A stretch of DNA of 63,693 bases, counting the filler, from Octopus bimaculoides (lineage: Eukaryota), in assembly GCF_001194135.2 (NCBI RefSeq). It is 7 parts of 6 records of this genome, joined end to end, with 100 filler letters (N's around TTAATTAATTAA, not from the genome) between each part and the next. Parts side by side here need not be neighbours in the genome. Positions count along the whole stretch, not along the records: positions 53,212 to 58,071 come from NC_068996.1; positions 58,172 to 61,612 come from NC_068993.1; positions 61,713 to 63,693 come from NC_068997.1; 4 more parts are not named here. One strand, given 5' to 3'. Made by a program: the position numbers and the translations under genes. Below are positions 53,517-63,693 of the stretch, piece after piece (the first letter of the stretch is position 1; each line of letters begins with the position of its first letter). The notes under the pieces are model-generated. The model did not search any database. It was not told the origin of the DNA and saw only the letters and a list, made by a program, of their open reading frames with translations.

Positions 53517-54385
53517 CGAAGTGGTATCAAAAGGTCCCCGAACTAGTTCTATAGCACGCCAACAGATGGTAGCATACGGTTGCGTCCGCACTTCACGGTA
53601 CAGTGTGCCGAGCGGCATCGCTGTATTTACTTAGCAAGTTGTGAAATTTGTGTTTTTGCGATCTCGTGTATGCTGCAGTCTGCTATTTTTCACGTGGACA
53701 ATGGGCAAGAAGTTGGAGCAAAGAGCCAACGTGAAATTTTGAGTTGAACTTGGTAAGTCTGCTACAGAGACATTGAGTATGCTTCTGCGAGCTTAAGGCG
53801 ACGAGGCAATGGATCGTACGCAATGTTTCGTGTGGCACGGGCGCACAAGCCGAAGCTCAATCAAGAGCGTGTTCATCATTTCTTTTCGACATCTGCATTA
53901 TTGTGCATCAAGAACGCGTCCCCAAGGGCCAAACCGTCAATCGAGAGGTCTACAGTTCTACAGGAAGGACATTTGGTGAAAGCGACCGGATCTGTGGATC
54001 GCGAAGAATTGAATTCTTCATGATGATAATGTGCCCTGTCACTGAGCCCTCCGCACTCGTGAGTTTCTTGCTCAAAACATGGTATCACTACTGCACCTGC
54101 CCTATTCACCAGATTTAGCCCCCTTCCCCCAACTTCCATCTCTTTCCCAAGAGGAAAATGCAGCTCAAAGGTCGCTGTTTTAACACCATTGTCGAGATTC
54201 AGAGCAAATTGTAGGTCTTCGATCCGCTTACGGAAAACGACTTCCAGGGCGGATTCCAAAAGTGGCAGGAACGCTGGAACCGGTGTATTGCTGTGTAGAG
54301 TGACTATTTCGATGGAGATAACTTATTTACATAAGTTATATTTTATCAAACATAACTAGTCCAGGAACTTCTTGATACCATTTCG
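53517..54385 (+). mobile_element. Internally deleted mariner, both TIRs intact
   Basis: TA|cgaagtggtatcaaaaggtccccgaactagtt ... aactagtccaggaacttcttgataccatttcg|TA; MGKKLEQRANVKF*VELGKSATETLSML...HQERVPKGQTVN...LHDDNVPCH...PYSPDLAP...LKGRCF...FQKWQERWNRCI; stops and frameshifts. Confidence 0.92.
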
Positions 54386-54445
54386 TATGTATATATGTAT
54401 TTATCTTTATATACCCCCCCCCCACACACACACACATGTACACCC

Positions 54446-54503
<58 letters not shown>

Positions 54504-54694
54504 CATTTATATACATAATATATTTTGCAAAGTTAATCTGGAACTCGACTGAGAATAGAAAACTCCGGATGACCTGTCCTTGTTTTCCTTGTATCGTCTG
54601 TGTGGATATTTTGTTGTTCCTTTTTTTGTATTACCTAACGGTCTGGATGTTTTGCGTTCTTGTCCCATTTTTGTATTTTATATATATATATATA

Positions 54695-54932
54695 CTCTTA
54701 ATCTTACTCTTTTACTTGTTTCAGTCATTTGACTGTGGCCATGCTGGAGCACCGCCTTTAGTCGAGCAAATCGACCCCAGGACTTATTCTTTCTAAGCCT
54801 AGTACTTATTCTATCGGTCTCTTTTGCCGGGGACGTAAACACAACAGCATCGGTTGTCAAGCGATGTTGGGGGGGGNNNNNNNNNNNNNNNNNNNNNNNN
54901 NGGGGGGGACAAACACAGACACACTAACGTAT

Positions 54933-54967
<35 letters not shown>

Positions 54968-55140
54968 CATATATACGACGGGCTTCTTTCAGTTTCCGTC
55001 TACCAAATCCACTCACGAGGCGTTGGTCGGCCCGAGGCTATAGTAGAAGACACTTGTCCAAGGTGCCACGCAGTGGGAATGAACCCGGAATCATGTGATT
55101 CGTAAGCAAGCTACTTACCACACAGCCATTCCTACGCCTA
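54695..55140 (-). mobile_element. SINE family A, full length
   Basis: Tail-to-head reverse copy with a small gap. Confidence 0.85.
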
Positions 55141-55507
55141 TATACGTATATATACACATACACACGTGTAGATATATACGTATGTACATGTACATATATA
55201 CACACGCACGTAGATGGAAATGAAAGTGATTTTTATCCCCCAAAAGATAGGAATAATGCACTCGACACCTAGTGTGAACACTCTTTGAACTTTCCCATTG
55301 AATTAAGTGAAGATAAGAACAAAACACCAAATTTCTCAAAGCAAGAATATTAAAAATTTAAATGATCTCCAAAAAGAGATTGAAATTACAGTTGAAGGAA
55401 GCTGGTGAAAATTAGTGTTGTTGTTATCATGGATACAAAATATTATAAAAAAAGTTGTACTTAAAATGGTAAAATAATTGTTATAATTATTTAAAAAGTA
55501 GACAACT

Positions 55508-55672
55508 AGGCGCAGGCATGGCTGTGTGGTAAGAAGTTTGCTTCCCAACAAGGTTCCGGGTTCAGTCCTACTGCGTAGCACCTTCGACAAGAATCTTCTA
55601 CTATAGTTTCGGCCCGACAAAAGCCTTGTGAGTAGATTTGGTAGATGGAGACTGGAAGGAGCCCATCGTATG

Positions 55673-55770
<98 letters not shown>

Positions 55771-55960
55771 TCCCCCATCACTGCTTGACAGCCGGTTTTG
55801 GTGTCTTTACATCCCGTTAGCTAGCAGTTCAGCAAAAAGGATCGATAGAATAAGTATCAGGCTAGCGAAAACACTAAGTACTACGGTTGATTCATTCGAC
55901 TAAAAATTCCCCATGCCCCAGCATGGCCTTAGTCTAATGACTGAAGCAAATTAAAAATAA
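55508..55960 (+). mobile_element. SINE family A, full length
   Basis: ggcgcaggcatggctgtgtggtaag...gcatggccttagtctaatgactgaagcaaa. Confidence 0.85.
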
Positions 55961-55974
55961 AAGATAAAAACTAT

Positions 55975-56410
55975 ACTCTTTTACTCTTTTACTTGTTTCA
56001 GTCATTTGACTGTGGCCATACTGGAGCACCGCCTTTATAGTCGAGCAAATCGACACCAGAGCTTATTCTTTGTAAGCCTAGTACTTATTCTATTAGTCTG
56101 TTTTGCCGAACCACTAAGTTACGGAGACGTAAATACACCACCATCGGTTGTCAAGCGATGCTGGGGGGACAAACAGACATACAAACATATACACATACAA
56201 ACATATACACATACATACATACACATATATATATATACATATATACGACGATCTTCTTCCAGTTTCCGTCTACCAAATCCACTCACAAGGCTTTGGTCGG
56301 CCCGACGCTATAGTAGAAGACACTTGCCCAAGGTGCCACGCAGTGGGACTGAACCCGGGACCATGTGGTTGGTAAGCAAGCTACTTACCACACAGCCACT
56401 CCTGCACCTA
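55975..56410 (-). mobile_element. SINE family A, full length
   Basis: Reverse copy placed tail-to-tail with 55508-55960. Confidence 0.88.
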
Positions 56411-56423
56411 TAGATAGATAAAG

Positions 56424-56472
56424 AGAGTAGTTTCGATCTTCGGACCTCTGGGTTATGAGCCCAGCGCGCTGC
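56424..56472 (-). pseudogene. 5'-truncated initiator tRNA-Met fragment
   Basis: Reverse strand gcagcgcgctgggctcataacccagaggtccgaagatcgaaac: anticodon arm CTGGG-CT CAT AA-CCCAG with three consecutive G-C pairs and T-loop GATCGAAA, both diagnostic of eukaryotic tRNAi; D arm and 5' acceptor strand missing. Confidence 0.75.
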
Positions 56473-57053
56473 CATGTGAAATCTGTTAACTTTATTGAGA
56501 TTGTACTGTAAATATTTGACTTGTAAAGAATTTTAGTATGTAAAGAACTTTAAATACAAAATCTGTAATTTCAATCACCTACCCAAAATACACTAATATA
56601 AACCTAGTAGCAATGCTTATAAATATTTTATGACCAAATATATTGAAATACCATCTCCTGGAGATTTGAAACTATTTGCATTCAGAAGTCGTGACTACGA
56701 CCGTAGATGGTGGGGCTGCGTGGAGTGCGGACAGTGAGGTTGGAGGTGATGAAAGGGAGACGGGAGGAGGGGATGAGGTCATAGATAGTGGCCGTGTGGT
56801 AAGAAGCTTGCGTAGATGGCGGCTTTGGCATGACTTGTTTCCATACTGGTCAGTTTTTCGCATGAGTTTGCCATTTATTAAAATCAATTCCTTTCCACTT
56901 GATATTTCCTTTTGCAGTATCTTTGACTCTCAATCTAGGTCTTCCCTGTTTTTTTTTTTGTTTTTGTTTTGGTAAAAAAACAAAAACAAAAAAAAAACAG
57001 GGAGTAAAGGAATTGTTCGGGGAATCTGTATATGTGACTCAAGCAACGTAAAT

Positions 57054-57099
<46 letters not shown>

Positions 57100-57105
57100 T
57101 ATATA

Positions 57106-58035
57106 TATAATTCAATAATAGGATAAAGTCTTTATAAGAATTTATCAAGTAGTTAGCATGAAAAAACCTCATAAGGGAAAAAACCCACCGTTTATCCCTA
57201 TAAATATATTTATTAATTTATATAAGGGCTTTACTATACAAGAATGCCTCACGCTAAGAGGGACTCTAAAAGTCAAACTACCATAATAAACACATTTTTA
57301 CCGAACGCGAGGGAATGCAATTCTCAAAGCTAACCCCCTAAAAACTTTTAACTTAACGGTAAACCAATGGTTTCATAATCAACGCAGTAATCTGCATCTT
57401 TTATTCATCAGTACACGTATGGTCAAGACACATAAAAAATAAACAAAAATCAACATACCCCGACGAACACTCATGTATTCAGCATAGTACATAGACGATT
57501 GTTTATCCCTATATATCCATTAAAGAGGCGGGCTTTTTTGAATTACACTTCAGTACATGTGTTTTTTCAGAATAAGATTCAGCACTGAATATATTCTAAT
57601 TATTTATAATTCAATAATTCAATAAAGTCTTTATAAGAATTTATCAAGTAGTTAGCGTAAAAAAACCTCGTTTATCCCTATAAATATATTTATTAAGTTA
57701 TATAAGAGCATTACTATACAATAATGCCTCACGCTAAAAGGGACTCTAAAAGTCTATGTACTATGCTGAATACATGGAGTGTTCGTCGGGGTATGTTGAT
57801 TTTTGTTTATTTTTTATGTCTTGACCATACGTGTACTGATGAATAAAAGATGCAGATTACTGCGTTGATTATGAAACCATTGGTTTACCGTTAAGTTAAA
57901 AGTTTTTAGGGGGTTAGCTTTGAGAATTGCATTCCCTCGCGATCGGTAAAAATGTGTTTATTATGGTAGTTTGACTTTTAGAGTCCCTCTTAGCGTGAGG
58001 CATTCTTGTATAGTAATGCCTTTATATAAATTAAT
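57106..58035. repeat. Foldback: ~285-bp inverted arms (57212-57496 / 57752-58035) plus direct repeat (57106-57274 / 57605-57754)
   Basis: Arms compared by eye differ by only a few substitutions and two small indels. Confidence 0.92.
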
Positions 58036-58182
58036 ATATATATATAGGTGCATCAGCATGGCCGCAGCTCTNNNNNNNNNNNNNNNNNNNNNNNNNNNNN
58101 NNNNNNNNNNNNNNNTTAATTAATTAANNNNNNNNNNNNNNNNNNNNNNNNNNNNNNNNNNNNNNNNNNNNATATATATATT

Positions 58183-58808
58183 CAGGGGTTGGACAAAATA
58201 ATGGAGACACCTTAAAGTTTCAAACAAACTTATTTTAATATGGGGTAGGACCGCCTTTGGCAGTAATCACAGCTTGAATTCTATGAGGTATGGACTCGTA
58301 CAAAGTTTGAATTGTTTCCAAAGGAATTTTTGTCCATTCTTCAGCTAAAACAGTCTCCAGTTCTTGTAGTGATGATAGTGGAGGATATCGACTCTTTATG
58401 TATTTTTCTAAAATGCACCATAAATGTTCAATAATATTGAGATAATATTGAATAATATTGAGATAAGATGTTCAACTTCACTATAATGTTCTTTGTGCCA
58501 TTCAGTAACAACTTTAGCCGTGTGAATTGGTGCACTATCATCCTGAAAGATCGCGTTTCCCTCCGGAAATAGTTTCGCAACCATAGGATGAATTTGGTGA
58601 GATAAAATGCTTAAATAGTCTTGACTATTAATTCTGCCATGAAGGGAAATCATTAGGCCGGGGGATTTCCAAGATATTGACCCCTGATCATCACAGATCC
58701 TCCTCCATGTTTAACAGTTGGAAGAAAGCAGTCTGGGTCAAATGCTTCTTTTGGCTGTCTCCACACATATACTCGGCCGGTTGTCAGAAATAAGGTGAAA
58801 GATGACTG
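58183..58808 (-). mobile_element. Tc1 (DD34E) transposase 3' half with right TIR
   Basis: SSFTLFLTTGRVYVWRQPKEAFDPDCFLPTVKHGGGSVMI...GRINSQDYLSIL...IFQDDSAPIHTAKVV...NIIEHLW...RIQAVITAKGGPTPY*; TIR caggggttggacaaaataatgg; the PQSPDL motif is replaced by a local aataatattgagat duplication. Confidence 0.9.
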
Positions 58809-59520
58809 ATAAATAAGACAGCTGATTTCATGATTTCGTTCACTAAGCTACATTACTTTATGGTGTATATCTTAACATTTACTGTACATATTTTAATATG
58901 ATTTTATATGGTTTTATTCTTATTTATTATACAGTAACATGATTTTATGTGCATTTAACAGTTTTCTAGTGATTTTACAATTCCAATATTTCTGGCGGAC
59001 AGACGTAGGGTCGAGTAAAATGACTTAACTTGATTTTTATTTTTCCATACATTATTTTTGAAAACCGACGTATAATCGAGAACGACTTAAATCGAAACCA
59101 CTTAAGCCGAGGTATGGCCAAGATATTAATACCATGACATCCTTGATACTTATTTGTTTTTATTCACCTTACTTTGAGCCTTGCGGATGATACCGGACTG
59201 GCTTGGTGCATCANNNNNNNNNNNNNNNNNNNNNNNNNNNNNNNNNNNNNNNNNNNNNNNNNNNNNNNNNNNNNNNNNNNNNNNNNNNNNNNNNNNNNNN
59301 NNNNNNNNNNNNNNNNNNNNNNNNNNNNNNNNNNNNNNNNNNNNNNNNNNNNNNNNNNNNNNNNNNNNNNNNNNNNNNNNNNNNNNNNNNNNNNNNNNNN
59401 NNNNNNNNNNNNNNNNNNNNNNNNNNNNNNNNNNNNNNNNNNNNNNNNNNNNNNNNNNNNNNNNNNNNNNNNNNNNNNNNNNNNNNNNNNNNNNNNNNNN
59501 NNNNNNNNNNNNNNNNNNNN

Positions 59521-59559
<39 letters not shown>

Positions 59560-59852
59560 GTATATGTATATACATACATAAATATATATGCATACATATA
59601 TATGTATATGCATAAATAACATGCGCCCCCAGCACTATAATTTATTCCTAAAACGCAATTGTATGGATTATTTGGATGTTGGTACTTTTTGCATCGACGA
59701 CCGACTTATTTAAACATAATAATTTTAATAATAAATAATATATATAGTAAGAGGAGACACACACACACACACACACACATATATGTAGACACACACTTAA
59801 TAAACGGACAAATAATTATATACAAACAAATGAATGATAATGAAGCAAAATA

Positions 59853-60449
59853 CTGAGCCAAATCTCTGGGAAATTCCCGGCCGATTGCTCTCTCTAGATT
59901 CAGTGCTTTAAGCCTTTTTAAAGATTACGAATGACGCCACCCTGTTCATTAGTTTACTCTTCACCTGAGGACTACATCATTGTTAGTTGGGAAACTAAAC
60001 TACATCCACACATTGTCCTCTTGGTGATTTCATCCATGGATGTATGGAAGATAGTTGACAACCAGTGTCATTGTAACACTGACTCCGATACAGCCTGGAC
60101 TTTATGCATTGTATAATTTCTTTTACTATTTTTTTCCCTGTTTTACTGCCCCTCTCTCTGTTTGTCTGTATCTCTCACTTTCTGTCATCACGTGTCACTT
60201 TTTTTTTTCTTTTTGTCTATCTCTTTCTACTTGTCCAACTCTTTCTGCCTGACTCTATTTCGCTGTTTGCCAGTCTATCTAATTTAGTCTGACTCTCTTT
60301 GACTTACTCTATCTCTCTATTTCTCTATTTCTCTATCTCTCTACTTCTCTCTCTCTCTCTGACTCTTTTTCTCCCTTTACATGTTTATTTCTTTGAGTCT
60401 AACTCTCACTATCTCTCTCCTTTCTCTTCTTCCTCTTTCTTTCTTTCCT

Positions 60450-60525
<76 letters not shown>

Positions 60526-60548
60526 TTTTTGCGTGTCATTCTCTTCCG

Positions 60549-60618
<70 letters not shown>

Positions 60619-61016
60619 TTAACAGCAAACAAAGAACTCATGACTTGGTCTATTATGGACGATAATGTCCGACCACCAGGCCATAGCCAATAATTATTAA
60701 GGTCTGTCGCAATGAAATCAAACACGGAACCACTTGTATGTAAACTTCTAAACTACACAGCTGCTGCATTTTATAATCAAAATTTACACAACATTATCAG
60801 TCCCGTGTTAAAGCAATTCCGACTTCCCCAACTATTTTTTGTGTGTTTTTTCTTTTTTCCTTTTTTTTTTTTGTACTTCATAGAATTAATGCTTACTCGG
60901 ACTTCTCCTGGATTCAACTCCGGAACTCTAGCATGGATTACCACCCGGATTACATTGCATATCCTTTTATAAATTTTTTCCACAGTACCAATCTCTTGCT
61001 ACCATTCTTGTCCTTT

Positions 61017-61055
<39 letters not shown>

Positions 61056-61520
61056 CAACTATATATATATATATGTACAACACACACAGATAAAATAAAT
61101 AGATACATATATGAAACAAATACACAAACAATTTATACACGAAGAAATAACGAAACGAGATCCTGAGCCAAATCTCTGGGAAATTCCCGGCCGATTGCTC
61201 TCTCTAAATTTAATGGTTTTATGCCTTTTTAAAGATTACGAAAGACTCCACCCTGTTCATTAGTTCACTGCTCACTGTTTACCCGAGGACTACACCAATA
61301 TTGTAGACTAATATTGTCAGGTAACTAAACTACAACCACATATTGTCATCTTGGTGATTCCATCTACGGATGTAATGGACATAGTTTGCAACTTGTGCCA
61401 TTGTAACACGGACTCTTATACAGCCTCGACTCAGTCTCTCCTCAAACTTCGCTTTCTGTTTATTTTCTACCTTATTTTCCTCCATCTCTCTTATTGTTTA
61501 TCACTTTCTATCATCACGTG
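59853..61520. repeat. Two direct copies of an unclassified ~250-350 bp repeat (59853-60194, 61163-61520)
   Basis: First 44 nt identical; the remainder is clearly homologous but diverged; offset 1310 bp. Confidence 0.85.
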
Positions 61521-61530
61521 CCTCTCTCTA

Positions 61531-61573
<43 letters not shown>

Positions 61574-62210
61574 GTGCCTGTCATTGTCGGATTAGCTCTC
61601 GTTATTTTCATCNNNNNNNNNNNNNNNNNNNNNNNNNNNNNNNNNNNNNNNNNNNNTTAATTAATTAANNNNNNNNNNNNNNNNNNNNNNNNNNNNNNNN
61701 NNNNNNNNNNNNTCTACATTGTATTTGTCCCATCTTCGTTGAGCCCTGTGTGGCTAATAAAAGAAATGTATCTATCTATCTATCTATCTATCTATCTCGG
61801 AAAGTGTTTTCTCCTATAGCCTCGGGCCGACCAAAGCCTTGTGAGTGGATTTGGTAGATGGAAACTGAAAGAAGCCCGTCGTATATGTATGTGTGTATGT
61901 ATGTATGTATGTATGTATATGTAATTGAGTGTGTGTGCACGTCTGAGCATGTGCGTGTGTATGCGTGTTTATAAATCTTTCCAGGGTCTTAAGCCCCGTA
62001 CATATTTTGTCTTGGGTGATGAATGAGAGACGGGTTTGAGCATCGAAAGGGGAGGCAACCGATAAAGAACGTTATGCTACGATGTACTTTTGTTAGCATA
62101 TCGATTTTATATTATCATCGAATGTCCATATACACGCATACACATAACCTCGAAAACATAGCCGCGCGCATATATTTACATATACACATACATACACGCT
62201 GATACATAAC

Positions 62211-62288
<78 letters not shown>

Positions 62289-62809
62289 NNNNNNNNNNNN
62301 NNNNNNNNNNNNNNNNNNNNNNNNNNNNNNNNNNNNNNNNNNNNNNNNNNNNNNNNNNNNNNNNNNNNNNNNNNNNNNNNNNNNNNNNNNNNNNNNNNNN
62401 NNNNNNNNNNNNNNNNNNNNNNNNNNNNNNNNNNNNNNNNNNNNNNNNNNNNNNNNNNNNNNNNNNNNNNNNNNNNNNNNNNNNNNNNNNNNNNNNNNNN
62501 NNNNNNNNNNNNNNNNNNNNNNNNNNNNNNNNNNNNNNNNNNNNNNNNNNNNNNNNNNNNNNNNNNNNNNNNNNNNNNNNNNNNNNNNNNNNNNNNNNNN
62601 NNNNNNNNNNNNNNNNNNNNNNNNNNNNNNNNNNNNNNNNNNNNNNNNNNNNNNNNNNNNNNNNNNNNNNNNNNNNNNNNNNNNNNNNNNNNNNNNNNNN
62701 NNNNNNNNNNNNNNNNNNNNNNNNNNNNNNNNNNNNNNNCATTGCATTTGTCCCATCTTCGTTGAGCCCTGTGTGGCTAATAAAAGAAATGTATCTATCT
62801 ATATTTATA

Positions 62810-63080
62810 TAAAGGGCATTATTACAGAAAAATAATAACGCCACACAGTGGACTTCTCAAAATAACCACAGTTAGTACCTAATGCGAGGAAAAAACAACC
62901 AACAGAAGATGACCAACTTTCTTTTAAATAGACTTAACTGTGTCTCGACCGATTTCGCGATTACTAGAATAAATCTAGATTTCGTTCATCAGCACAATAT
63001 TGTCCCAAAAATATATATAAATAAACAGAATTCTCACCTCACCAAAACCGAACAACTACGTATCCGACGGAGTAAAGGGA
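62810..63080 (+). mobile_element. Probable Penelope-like ORF 5' region
   Basis: MTNFLLNRLNCVSTDFAITRINLDFVHQHNIVPKIYINK..SHLTKTEQLRIRR; close copy of 6187-6375, which is joined to a PLE-type terminus. Confidence 0.5.
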
Positions 63081-63093
63081 ATGAAGTTTATCC

Positions 63094-63176
<83 letters not shown>

Positions 63177-63693
63177 ACGTGTATAGATATGTACGTGTAT
63201 GTGTCTTGTGATTATATCTAACTGTCTGTCTATTTATCTCTGTATATGTGTAAGTATTTTCATGAATTTATATATGTATGCCTCTCATGCCATTAGTTAT
63301 TGAAGGGAAAGATTTAATCAACACCATCTCCCACATTACTTGATTGATTCTTTATTTTATCGATCACAGTGACACGTTACGCACGACAAAGTCATACCTT
63401 CGTATTACAGATATAACACCTCGGGTCCTATACTCCTCTTTCCGTTTACCCATTTTCTCTCACAAATTTTAGGTCGACAGAAGTTATACAAAATGACACA
63501 TGCTGACGAAGTCACGCTGTAAGATCGAATTCAGGGACTTGTGGTCACAGTTGCTAGCAGAAGTACGTTAAGGGTACACGTGTCTGTGGAGTGCTCAGCC
63601 ACTTGCATGTTAATTTCACGAGCAGGCTGTTCCGCTGATCGGATCAACTGGAACCCTCGACGTCGTAAGCGACGGAGTGCCAACAATATATAT

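Noticed and set aside
57520-57545. Bacterial-style terminator gaggcgggcttttttg
   Set aside because: No complementary stem partner and no bacterial gene context; noted only as part of the foldback.
58810-59120. Possible pogo/Tigger-like end
   Set aside because: Only a vague resemblance of one terminus, no partner TIR and no coding relic.
63500-63535. ctgacgaag...cgaat as a fourth hammerhead
   Set aside because: GAAA core absent and stems do not form convincingly.

Overview
Eukaryotic, AT-rich, microsatellite-saturated draft-assembly sequence with many N gaps and no recognisable intact protein-coding gene. The repeat content (tRNA-headed SINEs with internal TA/TG microsatellites, RTE LINE ends, Penelope-like termini, many Tc1/mariner relics, TTAA MITEs) looks like an octopod cephalopod genome; this is an inference from repeat style. 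Nearly all ORFs in the supplied track are microsatellite or N-gap artefacts. Real coding relics: about eight mariner/Tc1 transposase fragments, RTE reverse-transcriptase C-terminal fragments, and a frameshifted double ORF1/gag-like unit with a CCHC knuckle (CYNCGLKGHIRTDC, 28004-28045) that runs into a 3' end with no endonuclease or RT, so it may be an ORF1-only (HAL1-like) non-autonomous LINE. Other notable structures: three degenerate minimal hammerhead-ribozyme motifs in Penelope-like ends, a young ~285-bp-arm foldback with an internal direct repeat (57.1-58.0 kb), a foldback mariner derivative (44.4-45.1 kb), a perfect 47-bp inverted repeat, a DINE-1/Helentron-like element and an initiator-tRNA fragment. 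Six artificial N44-TTAATTAATTAA-N44 pads mean adjacency across them is unreliable.
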